Shown: positions 1-9,183 of the stretch, one piece after another
Layout: each line of letters begins with the position of its first letter
Position numbering within the stretch: the first letter of the stretch is position 1
Assembly: GCA_050256555.1 (NCBI GenBank)
Contig: JBBWWC010000142.1
Location: 1 to 48,506 of the forward strand
From: Planctomycetota bacterium
GTDB taxonomy: Bacteria; Planctomycetota; UBA8108; UBA1146
Reading direction: 5' to 3'
DNA: 48,506 bases
Notes under the pieces: generated by a model
What the model saw: only the letters and a program-made list of their open reading frames with translations
Told to the model about the DNA's origin: nothing
The model's database searches: none
Program-made: the position numbers and the translations under genes

Positions 1-2401
1 CATCCAGAGAGTCAAGACAGGAACCACTCGGCCCCTGGATGAAAAGGTAAGCGAGAACAAAAACAGCGTCTGCCACATTCACCGTCAAATCAGCGTTGGC
101 ATCTCCACGGACAAAGAGGGGACCACCTCCTGTAACATCGACACTGCAATTGGATTCAGTTGAATCGAGTGCAGATCGCGAAGCAATCACACTCCACTGA
201 TGAACTCCCGGAATCACTCCGTCATGCGAATAACTGACAGACAGGCCCGAAATCACTTCCAGCAGAACTCCATCAAAATAAATCTGAATCGAATCGTAAT
301 CCGGATCCCCCAATTGCCATTGAAGTTCAACCCCTGCTGCGTCCTCCAGACAATTCAATCCTGAAACGGGTAGCGGAGGAGCACTTCCACTCACATCTGC
401 ACTGCAGATGATTTCTTCCGAATCGAGACCAGATCGCTGCGCTACGATTCCCCACAGATGAATTCCAGGAGTCACCGAGTTGTGGAAATAATCCGTCGCC
501 TGACCGGAAAGAACCTCGAGCAACTGCCCATCAAAGAAGATCTCAATCAAATCGTAATCAGGATCGCCCAGTTGCCAACCGAGACCGACTCCTGCGGTGC
601 TCTCCAAGCACTCGAAACTGACAACCGGAGCCGGTGGAGTCGCAGGAGAGTTATCGATCGAACATAAGCTCAATGAACTGGTCAAGGCCCCCCTTACCGC
701 AGTAGCGCTGTACTGAAGAATCTCTTGAGGAGCAAACTGGTCAGAAAAACTGGTGGTATCGCCCGGCAAATTGACCAGGAATACATCATTACGTTCCAGT
801 CGAATTGAATCGTAGTCGGCATTTCCCAGGGTCCATGACAACTCGATCGAACTCGACCCCAGACTGCATTCAAGGTCTACGACCGGGTCCGGAGGTGTCG
901 GAGCAGTGCTGCCAAGTAAATCGATCGGTAAATTGATGTCAGTATCCAGAACGACCCCGGAAATAACCCTGGTTGGGAAACCACTACTGGCGAGAGGCGT
1001 TGCGGTCAGATCATAGGTGCCTGGCACCTGGCGGAGTGCATACGCTCCCAGGCCATCGGTATCATTTCCAAATACGTAAACCGGAATGCCCGTGGCACTG
1101 TCGTTGAGAGTAATCTCGACCTCTCCGACAGGAACCGTTCCCGCAACTACTGTCCCGGTCAGAGCCAGCCCTATAGGCAAGGTCACCGTCCCAAGATTTG
1201 TCTCGCTATCCACAGTCACCGATTCCACCACCAAAGGTGCGGCCCCACTGAAGAATCGTGGCCGAAAAGCAATGTCATAAGTGTCTGGCACCACCTGTAC
1301 CGAGAAGACTCCTGAGCTGTTTGCATTATCATGCGCTGTAGGAATCTCGACCCCGGTCGCTGCGATAAAGAAATCCAGATCAGTATCGGGTATGACAGCT
1401 CCTGCGACATTGACGACAGTGCCACCGACAGTAAATCCTGCGGGCAAAATCAGCACTCCGAGATCAACACCGCCTACCGGAACCGTGATGAGTGACAATG
1501 AAGAAACCAGAGATGATCCTTGCGGTGGGTCAACCTCAAGCTCCCACGACCCACTCGGGACAAGAACTTCGAAGATCCCCGAACCATTAGTATTATCACC
1601 AGATGTCACAAACTTCTCATCCGTGATGGGATCTCGCACGTCGATGTCAGCACCAGACACAGGATCGCCATTACTATCTTGAATCAAACCAACAAGAGGA
1701 TGTCCTTCGCGAAGAAGAACGTCCCCAAGCGCAACAGCATCAAACACTGCTACATCCGAAACTAATCGAGGAACGAGCGGAACCGTGCTGGTCCCTGGGC
1801 CTTCACTGAAACGAATATCCCAGAAATCCGAAATCACTTTGACGGAGAAAATGCCATCGTTGTCAGTAAAATCGCCGGAGAAGACAGTCTCCTGTCCCGT
1901 CAACGGATCGAAGAAATCCAGATCCACCCCTGTCAGCGCAACACCTGATTCTCCCACCACCCGCCCAGAAACAACACTCGCATCGTCAAGAACCACGGTT
2001 CCAAGATCTGTACTGCCACTCAAATCAACCGTTTGTAACAACAAATCAAAGTAGGGCATGGCAGGAGCGGTCTGGAACAAGAAGTCATAGAAGCCAGCGG
2101 GTGCCGCTTCACAGATCACCAGGGTGAAACTTCCATCGGCCAACGTCACGTCCTGGCCCAGCGACAACCCCAGACCAGTGAATGGATCGATGATATCCAC
2201 ATCAATGCCAGAAACACCGTTGCCAACCCCATCGATCACGGTGCCGGTAATCACCCATGAAGTGGGAAGACACTGCGCCGCAAGTCGATCATTTGAGCAC
2301 CAGAGAACCAGAATCAAAAGCGACAGGGAAAACGCCAGCCTCCGCAGCAGGGGCAATGAAGGAAAGCCCTGGCAGTCAAAGCTGGATATTGTTGCGACCA
2401 T
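1..2401 (-). CDS. Secreted modular surface protein, C-terminus cut by the window edge (signal peptide, 5 carboxypeptidase-regulatory-like beta-sandwich repeats, 3 Fn3-like modules, dockerin/EF-hand-like tail)
   Basis: Manual minus-strand translation. The frame with codons at + positions 2-4, 5-7 and so on was translated throughout; segments 2-121, 659-721 and 1682-1786 were re-checked codon by codon for stops, with none found. It is open from ATG 2401 to position 1, which explains its absence from the ORF track. GGAGG lies 3 nt upstream; in-frame alternative starts are 2419, 2434 and 2491. N-terminus MVATISSFDCQGFPSLPLLRRLAFSLSLLILVLWCSNDRLAAQC is signal-peptide-like. Tail FVRGDANADLTVNVADAVFVLAYLFIQGPSGSCLDSLD is dockerin-like. 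The + strand ORFs at 1086-2447 are T/S/P-rich shadows of this gene. Confidence 0.8.
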   Translation of the reverse strand, partial: MVATISSFDCQGFPSLPLLRRLAFSLSLLILVLWCSNDRLAAQCLPTSWVITGTVIDGVGNGVSGIDVDIIDPFTGLGLSLGQDVTLADGSFTLVICEAAPAGFYDFLFQTAPAMPYFDLLLQTVDLSGSTDLGTVVLDDASVVSGRVVGESGVALTGVDLDFFDPLTGQETVFSGDFTDNDGIFSVKVISDFWDIRFSEGPGTSTVPLVPRLVSDVAVFDAVALGDVLLREGHPLVGLIQDSNGDPVSGADIDVRDPITDEKFVTSGDNTNGSGIFEVLVPSGSWELEVDPPQGSSLVSSLSLITVPVGGVDLGVLILPAGFTVGGTVVNVAGAVIPDTDLDFFIAATGVEIPTAHDNANSSGVFSVQVVPDTYDIAFRPRFFSGAAPLVVESVTVDSETNLGTVTLPIGLALTGTVVAGTVPVGEVEITLNDSATGIPVYVFGNDTDGLGAYALRQVPGTYDLTATPLASSGFPTRVISGVVLDTDINLPIDLLGSTAPTPPDPVVDLECSLGSSSIELSWTLGNADYDSIRLERNDVFLVNLPGDTTSFSDQFAPQEILQYSATAVRGALTSSLSLCSIDNSPATPPAPVVSFECLESTAGVGLGWQLGDPDYDLIEIFFDGQLLEVLSGQATDYFHNSVTPGIHLWGIVAQRSGLDSEEIICSADVSGSAPPLPVSGLNCLEDAAGVELQWQLGDPDYDSIQIYFDGVLLEVISGLSVSYSHDGVIPGVHQWSVIASRSALDSTESNCSVDVTGGGPLFVRGDANADLTVNVADAVFVLAYLFIQGPSGSCLDSLD
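124..901 (-). repeat. Three tandem coding modules of about 255-261 bp (85-87 aa, Cys-bracketed Fn3-like)
   Basis: Module starts: PPDPVVDLECSLGSSSIELSWTLGNADYDSIRLERND..., PPAPVVSFECLESTAGVGLGWQLGDPDYDLIEIFFDGQLLEVLSG..., PPLPVSGLNCLEDAAGVELQWQLGDPDYDSIQIYFDGVLLEVISG.... DNA similarity is visible between about 200-384 and about 460-646. Approximate boundaries are 124-384, 385-646 and 647-901. Confidence 0.65.
915..2257 (-). repeat. Five tandem intragenic coding repeats of about 88-92 aa (CarboxypepD_reg-like)
   Basis: Each unit has the recurring pattern G-V-[VI]-x-x-G-x-x-[VL]-x-G-x-D-[VLI]-D-F-F-D ... G-x-F-x-[VL] ... Y-D-[IL]. Examples: VVSGRVVGESGVALTGVDLDFFDPLTGQE...DGIFSVKV and FTVGGTVVNVAGAVIPDTDLDFFIAATGVE...SGVFSVQVVPDTYDIAF. 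Boundaries are approximate. Confidence 0.6.
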
Positions 2402-2583
2402 GAGCCTCCAAAGGACCATGAAAATAGCGGGCATAACGGCTGAATAAGGCGAATCACGAGATAAAAAGTCAGCAAAAATAATAGATCTCATCTAAATATA
2501 CCTGACCTGAAGCCCCGGATCTGCCAAAATTGTCACAGTATCTGCTCGGTTTTCCAACGATCCAGCAGGAAGGAAATCATATC

Positions 2584-3651
2584 GTGATCAAGTATCTCGG
2601 TTCCAAGCGATTGCTGATTCCGGCCATAGAAAAGGTTCTGGGGCAATTCCCGGACTGCCGCACTGTTCTTGATTTATTCAGCGGCACGTCAAGAGTAGGC
2701 AAAGCACTGAAAGCCAATGGCTGGCAAGTGATCTTGAACGACTGGAATCTTTACGCCCAGACCATCGCCACTGCGCATGTTGTCTTCGACAAGGACCGCC
2801 TCTCCGAGGCGATCCCTTTGATCGAGCATCTGCGCGGCAGCACTCCGATCGATGGCTGGTTCACCGAAACCTACTGCCGGCAAAGCCGATACTTCACACC
2901 AGAGAATGGTGCCCGGATCGAAGGTATACGTGAAGAGATCGCGAAACTAGAACTCGATAACGAGTTAAAATGCGTCGCATTAACCTCCTTGATGGAAGCT
3001 GCAGATCGTGTCGACTCCACTGTTGGAGTCCAGATGGCCTATCTCAAGAAGTGGGCAAGTCGCGCTCTTCAACCACTGCAACTGAGAGATCCCGAACCAC
3101 TTCCGCAAAGCCAACACGGAAAAGCAGAAGCCCATCGCCTGGAGGCCCGTGAAGCAGCGGCCACTCTTCAAGCAGACGTGGCCTACCTCGACCCGCCCTA
3201 CAATCAACACAAGTACCTCGGCAACTACCATGTATGGGAAACACTGGTGAAATGGGATCAGCCTGACGTCTATGGAGTAGCGTGCAAAAGGACCGAATGC
3301 CGCGAACGCCGCAGCGACTTCAATTCAAAGCGTGGCATCCAGCAAGCGATGAAAGAACTGACGGAAACCCTTCAATGCCGCTACCTCCTCGTCTCCTTCA
3401 ACAACGAAGGATATCTCGACCGTAATGAGATGGAGCAGTTGCTGTCAAAACGTGGTCGCGTCACTGTTTTATCAAAGAAACATCCACGTTACGTCGGAGC
3501 CAAAATCGGCATCCACAACCCACAGGGACGTAAAGTAGGTCAGGTCTCTCACCTGAAGAACACTGAATATTTGTTCCTGGTTGGTGATATCGAGATTGAC
3601 GATGCGGTGCTCGAATCGGTCGAGCTGACTCGAGAGATACCGGTTCTCTAG
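2584..3651 (+). CDS. N6-adenine DNA methyltransferase, D12 (Dam-like) class, solitary
   Basis: Motifs KYLGSKRLLIP, LDLFSGTSRVG (motif I-like) and AYLDPPYNQHKY (DPPY catalytic motif IV). GTG 2584 is preferred because AGGAAGGAAA lies about 8 nt upstream. The track start TTG 2530 has no SD. Confidence 0.75.
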   Translation: MIKYLGSKRLLIPAIEKVLGQFPDCRTVLDLFSGTSRVGKALKANGWQVILNDWNLYAQTIATAHVVFDKDRLSEAIPLIEHLRGSTPIDGWFTETYCRQSRYFTPENGARIEGIREEIAKLELDNELKCVALTSLMEAADRVDSTVGVQMAYLKKWASRALQPLQLRDPEPLPQSQHGKAEAHRLEAREAAATLQADVAYLDPPYNQHKYLGNYHVWETLVKWDQPDVYGVACKRTECRERRSDFNSKRGIQQAMKELTETLQCRYLLVSFNNEGYLDRNEMEQLLSKRGRVTVLSKKHPRYVGAKIGIHNPQGRKVGQVSHLKNTEYLFLVGDIEIDDAVLESVELTREIPVL

Positions 3652-4505
3652 CTTTGCGCTGGCCTGGATACACTCTGTTCGCTTTTTTTCGACTCTCCGA
3701 TGAATAATCGCACCACCCGATCGACCTGTTCTCGATCCACTTCGGGACAGTGTTTTCTCCAGCGCTGGAAAAGCTCCGGAAGCTCTTCACCGATCTTTCC
3801 GATGCCGTGATTTAGATATCTCAATCCCCGCCATCCACGTGGATCTTCTTCCAGCAATGGTAGCCACTGGAGCGCAATCACCTTCAACAGTTCGCGATCA
3901 TCAAGATCTGCCTGAATCTCCTGCGCATGACTTCGAAACCAAGCCGGAAAATCGGTCGGAGATTTCAGCCGGCTCTTTTCCATCAGCTGATCGGCATAAC
4001 TTTTCAGATGCGGGGCATAGCTCACCCGCTTCAAGTTCTCGTCCTGACTCCAGGATCTTGCCATATGGCGTAATGAAAAGAGACTCGCCATCTCACAAGC
4101 AGCCTCCTCTATCCACTGGTGAGACTGATGCTCCGGAGTGAAGCCGAAAAGAATGTGGGCAAACTCGTGACTGAACTGATAGGCCATCTGAGCCCAGTAC
4201 CCCCCCTCGACGGCGAGGCGAACACTGATGGAACCATCGGAACCTCTCCGATGAAGAACGATCGGTCCACCGGTGGGCTCGACGCGAATCAGCGGAAGTG
4301 GTGGCGACCCTGCAGCTTTCCATAGCGGTTCAGCGGCCGCACGGAGAACCGACTCCACATCTTCAACAGCAGCGTCGCCCCAGCCTTCTTTCAGCAGCTG
4401 GATCGAAAGATCTGACGCAAGAGAGTGTGTTGACATGAGCAACAATACCCAGCAAGCGATCACCCGAAGCAGCGCAGGAAATCGAATCCTTACTCGCCGA
4501 TTCAT
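3648..4505 (-). CDS. Secreted HEXXH-motif protein (putative zinc metallopeptidase)
   Basis: N-terminal signal-like [30 protein letters not shown] motif ([12 protein letters not shown]), with EEAACE about 20 aa downstream as a possible third ligand. ATGA overlap with the upstream POT gene (4502-4505). Confidence 0.6.
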   Translation of the reverse strand: MNRRVRIRFPALLRVIACWVLLLMSTHSLASDLSIQLLKEGWGDAAVEDVESVLRAAAEPLWKAAGSPPLPLIRVEPTGGPIVLHRRGSDGSISVRLAVEGGYWAQMAYQFSHEFAHILFGFTPEHQSHQWIEEAACEMASLFSLRHMARSWSQDENLKRVSYAPHLKSYADQLMEKSRLKSPTDFPAWFRSHAQEIQADLDDRELLKVIALQWLPLLEEDPRGWRGLRYLNHGIGKIGEELPELFQRWRKHCPEVDREQVDRVVRLFIGESKKSEQSVSRPAQS

Positions 4506-5902
4506 GCCGCAGCTGATTCCTCAGCCCGACCGTCATTCTCGCCCTGGACATAGTAGCCGCCCTTGTAAAAGCGCGAGTAGAAGATGAAGATCACGGCCAC
4601 AGCACCCATCACCTTGGTGAAAAACCAGTAATAATCGGCTCCCTCTAAACTGACGGTGCCATCTTCGTTCTGAATGAAACGATTCACGCCCGCTGCAAAG
4701 AGATTTCCAAACGAAACCCCGAGGAAGAACATTCCCATGATGAAAGACTTCATCTTCTTGGGAGCTTGCGTGTAGGCAAACTCGAGCCCGGTGATTGAGA
4801 CCAACACTTCGGAAGATGTCAGTATAAAGTAGGCGAAGAACTGCCAGCCAATGGATGGGGTTTCACCAGCATCAATCCTGAGCTGAATCCAACCGGAAAT
4901 GGCAAAAGCAGCGGCACACAGAAACAGCCCGATGCCAATCTTGCGCAGTGGTGTGACCTTGAAGAAACGACCCAGGAACGGATAGATCCCGTAGGCGAAA
5001 AACGGGATCAAGATCAGAATCATCACCGGATTGACCGCCTGGACCTGAGCTTCAAGCCACTCGAATCCGAGGAAGTTTCGGTCCATGTCCTGCGCCTGGA
5101 GAACCCAGGCGGAGCCCGCCTGGTCGAAGATCGCCCAGAACATCGCGATAAAGATGAGAAAGAGAGGCATCAAGTTCAGTACTGAGCGAATCCCCTCGGT
5201 ACTAAAACTCTCCTTCTTGAACTTTTCCAGCCCGCCAGGAGGGATGTGAACAAACACATGGCGACCCAACCAGAAGAACAAGGTGGCCAGAGCCATCAGT
5301 ACTCCGGGCAAACCAAACGCCAACCACGGCCCGTAATTTTTCAGCAACAGTGGGGTCAAGATCATGCTGGTGGAAGCCCCGACATTGATCGAAAAATAGA
5401 ACCAGCTAAAAGTCTTCGATACCAGGTGCTGGTTCTTCGAGCCAAACTGATCCCCGACATGAGCCGAGACACAGGGCTTGATGCCGCCAGCCCCGATGGC
5501 GATGGCTCCCATTCCGATGAAGAGCCAGGCTTCCGGCTCAAGAAGAGCAGTAGCAAAAGGGACATCCATCGCCGACAAACATGCGTGTCCCAGACAGTAT
5601 CCCATCGAGAGGGTGATAATCGTCCAGAACTTGCCAAGGACAATGTCAGAAAGCAAAGCCCCCAGTATCGGAAAGAAATAGGCGGCGGCCGTGAACAGGT
5701 GATAGACCTCTTTGGCCTTCGCCTCGCCCATGAACGCCTCATTACCAGAAGAATCGAGGAGATACTGGGTCATGAAGACAACCAGGATTCCCTTCATCCC
5801 GTAGAAGCTGAACCTCTCGGCAAACTCGTTACCGATGATGTAGGGAATTCCCTTGGGCATCTCGGTGGTCTGGAGGGGAGTGGACAGACACTTCGACGAC
5901 AT
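4502..5902 (-). CDS. Proton-dependent oligopeptide transporter (POT/PTR2 family)
   Basis: PTR2 signature [25 protein letters not shown]; multi-pass hydrophobic profile; GAGGAG SD upstream of ATG 5902. Confidence 0.85.
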   Translation of the reverse strand: MSSKCLSTPLQTTEMPKGIPYIIGNEFAERFSFYGMKGILVVFMTQYLLDSSGNEAFMGEAKAKEVYHLFTAAAYFFPILGALLSDIVLGKFWTIITLSMGYCLGHACLSAMDVPFATALLEPEAWLFIGMGAIAIGAGGIKPCVSAHVGDQFGSKNQHLVSKTFSWFYFSINVGASTSMILTPLLLKNYGPWLAFGLPGVLMALATLFFWLGRHVFVHIPPGGLEKFKKESFSTEGIRSVLNLMPLFLIFIAMFWAIFDQAGSAWVLQAQDMDRNFLGFEWLEAQVQAVNPVMILILIPFFAYGIYPFLGRFFKVTPLRKIGIGLFLCAAAFAISGWIQLRIDAGETPSIGWQFFAYFILTSSEVLVSITGLEFAYTQAPKKMKSFIMGMFFLGVSFGNLFAAGVNRFIQNEDGTVSLEGADYYWFFTKVMGAVAVIFIFYSRFYKGGYYVQGENDGRAEESAAA

Positions 5903-6038
5903 GAAACAACTCCTCGCACAATCAGTAGAAATTCAGAACCGAATCACGACGTCCTTCGAAGGCCCTGGAGAATCCAAAGCCTTCCGAGTCGGGAGTGTGA
6001 CAAAAGAGTCCCTACAGCGCAACGGGGAGGGATCTCCT

Positions 6039-6728
6039 TCAAGACCCTTCGACTAGCACGATCTGCACTGAGCCCGGGCCATGAACTCCTGTCACCAGCA
6101 CACCCTCGATATCAGCAGTCTTCGAGGGTCCTGTCACCAGGGCTACGGATGAAGGAAGTACGCCACTTTCAGACTCCAGAACCCCACCAGGACCGGACAA
6201 ATCGAGCAAATCATCGATCAAACGCGAAACAGGTACCAGTACCAGGTGGCGCGGAGGAACCAGCGAAGCAAGGCGTAACTCGTGATGGGAAGAGCTCAGA
6301 ACCAGCGAACCCGTCGCTGCGACAGCAGCACGTGCAACGGTGATTCCGCAATCTACCCGTTCATAGAGTGAATCCAGATCGACTTCCTTATCGTAGATTT
6401 CAACCTTTTGCTCTGTCAGTTGCTTGCGCAGCTGCGTATCGAGCAGCGGATCATCAGAGAGCAGCACCGTGGAAAGTTGCTCCGATCCGATCCACTCGGA
6501 AAGAAACTCCGAAACCTGCCGCTGCTGACACTGCGCGACCGACATTCCAACCTCTCTGGCACGATCACTGAACAGGTCTATCCTTCCCGTCAATTCATCC
6601 TCGGCAGATGACAACGGTCGGCGGATGATATTGTGATCCAGAGTGAAGGGACCGGGCTGAGAACGTTCTCGACGGCCAAGAGCATCTCTGACTCTTTCCA
6701 GAAAAATCTCGCGTGAGGTCCCTTTCAT
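6039..6728 (-). CDS. lutC: Lactate utilization protein C (LUD domain, YkgG-like)
   Basis: Third gene of the YkgE/F/G-type trio, about 229 aa, with 4-nt ATGA overlap with lutB. Assigned by size and operon position. Confidence 0.75.
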   Translation of the reverse strand: MKGTSREIFLERVRDALGRRERSQPGPFTLDHNIIRRPLSSAEDELTGRIDLFSDRAREVGMSVAQCQQRQVSEFLSEWIGSEQLSTVLLSDDPLLDTQLRKQLTEQKVEIYDKEVDLDSLYERVDCGITVARAAVAATGSLVLSSSHHELRLASLVPPRHLVLVPVSRLIDDLLDLSGPGGVLESESGVLPSSVALVTGPSKTADIEGVLVTGVHGPGSVQIVLVEGS

Positions 6729-8194
6729 CGCTCTGCCCCTCCTCTTTGCGCCCAGCGCTCGCGAAAACTGCGCCGAGCCGGCAGCTTCAAATCACGATCA
6801 GCAGTCCAGCCGGAAAAGGGACCGGGAGCCGAAGTCACCTTGTCGGAACCACCCGCAATACATCGCAGGAAAAAGCGCTGCAGTTTCGAAGCGATCCGGT
6901 AGCTAGTCACCCGGGAGAAAGACAGACCGAGCAGGCCCAGAGCCAATCTTTCCAGCCGAGACCCTTTTTGCTTGCGGATCTTGTGCCGCAAGCCGACCAG
7001 CAAACCGGGTAAATCGATATCTACCGGACAGGCTTCGTGGCAGGCGCCGCACAGGCTTGAGGCTTCCGGCAAGGTCGGATTCTTGTCGATCCCCTTGAGT
7101 AAAGGAGTGATGACTGCCCCGATGGGGCCGCTGTATACCGACCCATACGCATGCCCTGTCGCCTTGCGATAAACCGGACAGGCATTGAGACAGGCGCCGC
7201 AACGAATGCAGTGTAAAGCGGATCGAAATTCAGGATCGGCAAGAATCTTGGTACGGCCCGCATCGACCAGCACCACATGCATATGCTCCGGCCCATCGAG
7301 ATCTTCCGGTTTTTTCGGGCCGGTTAAAATCTGGGTGTAGCAGGTCAGCGGTTGACCAGTACCCGATCTCGCCAGCAGATGCAGCAGCACCGAAAGATCA
7401 TCAAATCCGGGGATCAACTTCTCGATCCCCACCACCGCAATATGGGTCTTCGGTGCCGAGGTGCAGAAGCGACCATTTCCTTCGTTGGTACAGATCACCA
7501 GTGACCCGCTATCGGCGATCAGGAAGTTGCCACCAGAAATCCCGAGATCCGCCTGTCGATATTTCTGACGTAGATGCTCCCTTGCGATCCGCGTCAATTC
7601 TTCCGGCTCTTCGGTATACCTGGCGCCAAGAACCTTCTCGAAGGCACGCGCCACCGAACTACGATCCTTGTGAATCATCGGCATCACGATATGACTGGGC
7701 GCATCGTGATCGATCTGGATGATGAACTCGCCCAGATCAGTTTCGACCGTTTCGATACCGGCAGCTTCCAGATCAGGAACCAGATGCGTCTCCTCGGTCA
7801 CCATGCTCTTCGACTTGACACATAACCGGGCTTTTTCTTCACGAGCGATCTCAACAACAATTCGATTCGCTTCCTGTGCATTACTCGCCAAATGCACTCG
7901 CGTACCGGCAGCCTCTGCTTGATCGATCCACTGCTCCAGATAGTGATCCAGATGATCGATGGTCTGTTTCTTGATCGCAGCCGCCAGCTTACGGATCTGC
8001 AACACATCGTCACCAAAAGCCTGTTTCAGTGCATCTTTACGAGCCTGATCTTTGAGAGTGGTGGCCTCTCTCACGGCTCCCTGCAAAATTTCGTCTTTCA
8101 GGAAAATCTCTGCCCGAGGACGAATATCGTGACGACCACGCGGAAACAAAATCGGCTCGCCATCGACACTGGTAGGAATCCCGGATCGACTCAT
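6725..8194 (-). CDS. lutB: Lactate utilization protein B, iron-sulfur subunit (YkgF-like)
   Basis: Two ferredoxin-type cluster motifs, CIRCGACLNACPVY and CGACHEACPV. About 489 aa. ATGA overlaps on both sides. Confidence 0.85.
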   Translation of the reverse strand: MSRSGIPTSVDGEPILFPRGRHDIRPRAEIFLKDEILQGAVREATTLKDQARKDALKQAFGDDVLQIRKLAAAIKKQTIDHLDHYLEQWIDQAEAAGTRVHLASNAQEANRIVVEIAREEKARLCVKSKSMVTEETHLVPDLEAAGIETVETDLGEFIIQIDHDAPSHIVMPMIHKDRSSVARAFEKVLGARYTEEPEELTRIAREHLRQKYRQADLGISGGNFLIADSGSLVICTNEGNGRFCTSAPKTHIAVVGIEKLIPGFDDLSVLLHLLARSGTGQPLTCYTQILTGPKKPEDLDGPEHMHVVLVDAGRTKILADPEFRSALHCIRCGACLNACPVYRKATGHAYGSVYSGPIGAVITPLLKGIDKNPTLPEASSLCGACHEACPVDIDLPGLLVGLRHKIRKQKGSRLERLALGLLGLSFSRVTSYRIASKLQRFFLRCIAGGSDKVTSAPGPFSGWTADRDLKLPARRSFRERWAQRGGAER

Positions 8195-8958
8195 CGGTCA
8201 TCCTCTCCCGCACCATAGGAGAGCCCCAACGCCTGGCAGAACCATTCGCTGATGTGAAGTACCGGTATCGGTGTACCGCGTCGCGACAATCGACCATCGA
8301 TGTTCATGGTGCAACCAGTGTCGTTACAGATCAGTACCTCGGCTTCTGTTTCGACCAGAGCGCTGCAGCGATCCTCGGCCAGCGCTCCGGAGATGGTGCC
8401 AAACTTGCTGGCGAAGGTTCCACCAAATCCGCAACACTGCTCTTCTTGTCGAAGCCTTTTCACTTCCAGACCCGGAACAGAATCGAGAAATCGGCCCGAT
8501 GCCTCGAATCGATCCAGCTCTCGGAGATGGCAGGAAGGATGCCATGCCACGACCGAGGAAGCGGAACCTGGATCACCGACAATCTCGTCGGGAGCCAGGC
8601 CGAGTTGATTTTCGATGAACTCGACCAGTTCATGAGTGCGCTCGACTAACGACTGCACCTCAACAGGCAGCTGATCTTCGCCTGCGAATAGCTCTTCGGC
8701 ATGGCGCCGGATCATCGCCGCACAAGAGCCAGATGGCGTCACGACCATCTCCTCGCCGCCAAAGATCTGCGCCATGCGGAGAATTAAGCTGCGAGCCGCC
8801 TCGCGATCGCCAGAATTTCTGTGTGCCTGGCCACAGCAGGTCTGGTCGCTCGGATAGACCACTTCGCAGCCGAGATGCTCCAGCAATACCGCTGTCGCCT
8901 CCGCCGTACTGGGAGCAAACTGGTCCGCCAAACAGGGAATGAAGAGCAAGACTCGCAA
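8191..8958 (-). CDS. lutA: Lactate utilization protein A, (Fe-S) oxidoreductase with CCG domains (YkgE-like)
   Basis: Cys-rich CCG-type motifs (QTCCGQ, EQCCGFGG). I prefer TTG 8958, which has GGAGGTGA 5 nt upstream and gives (M)RVLLFIPCLADQF, matching the usual MKVALFxTCLxD N-terminus. The track start GTG 8967 abuts the SD. Confidence 0.8.
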   Translation of the reverse strand: MRVLLFIPCLADQFAPSTAEATAVLLEHLGCEVVYPSDQTCCGQAHRNSGDREAARSLILRMAQIFGGEEMVVTPSGSCAAMIRRHAEELFAGEDQLPVEVQSLVERTHELVEFIENQLGLAPDEIVGDPGSASSVVAWHPSCHLRELDRFEASGRFLDSVPGLEVKRLRQEEQCCGFGGTFASKFGTISGALAEDRCSALVETEAEVLICNDTGCTMNIDGRLSRRGTPIPVLHISEWFCQALGLSYGAGEDDR

Positions 8959-9183
8959 TTCAATCACCTCCTCGAATCACCAGAATCCCAGATTTCCGGC
9001 CCTCCCCCGGGGAGTTCCACTCCCTGCAACATCACCGCAGGAACCCTTCTCTACAAGACGGTCCCTCGATTAGGAATGAACTCTCGGACTGATCCTTGAC
9101 ACCCCGGACTCACGCGTCGAGTCTGAGCGCTTCCAGGGAAGACCCCTGGCTCCATCGCAGATTTTGACCTGAGGAGGTGACCT

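Noticed and set aside
1086-2447. Series of + strand ORFs (64-133 aa) rich in T/S/P/V
   Set aside because: They lie antisense to the continuous minus-strand gene at 1-2401. They are low-complexity and fragmented across frames with no SD motifs, which is typical of shadow ORFs.
2402-3651. Restriction-modification system
   Set aside because: Only the methyltransferase is present. Neither neighbour has nuclease-like motifs (PD-(D/E)xK, HNH, GIY-YIG).
5246-6343. 365-aa + strand ORF spanning the POT gene, the intergenic gap and lutC
   Set aside because: It is antisense to two well-supported genes and R/Q/P/S-rich with no recognisable motif. It is a shadow ORF of a GC-rich region.
9096-9130. TTGACA followed by GACTCACGCGTCGAGTC, an imperfect inverted repeat, in the lutA/isomerase divergent region
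   Set aside because: No convincing -10 lies at the proper spacing and the inverted repeat is imperfect. I cannot distinguish it from chance.
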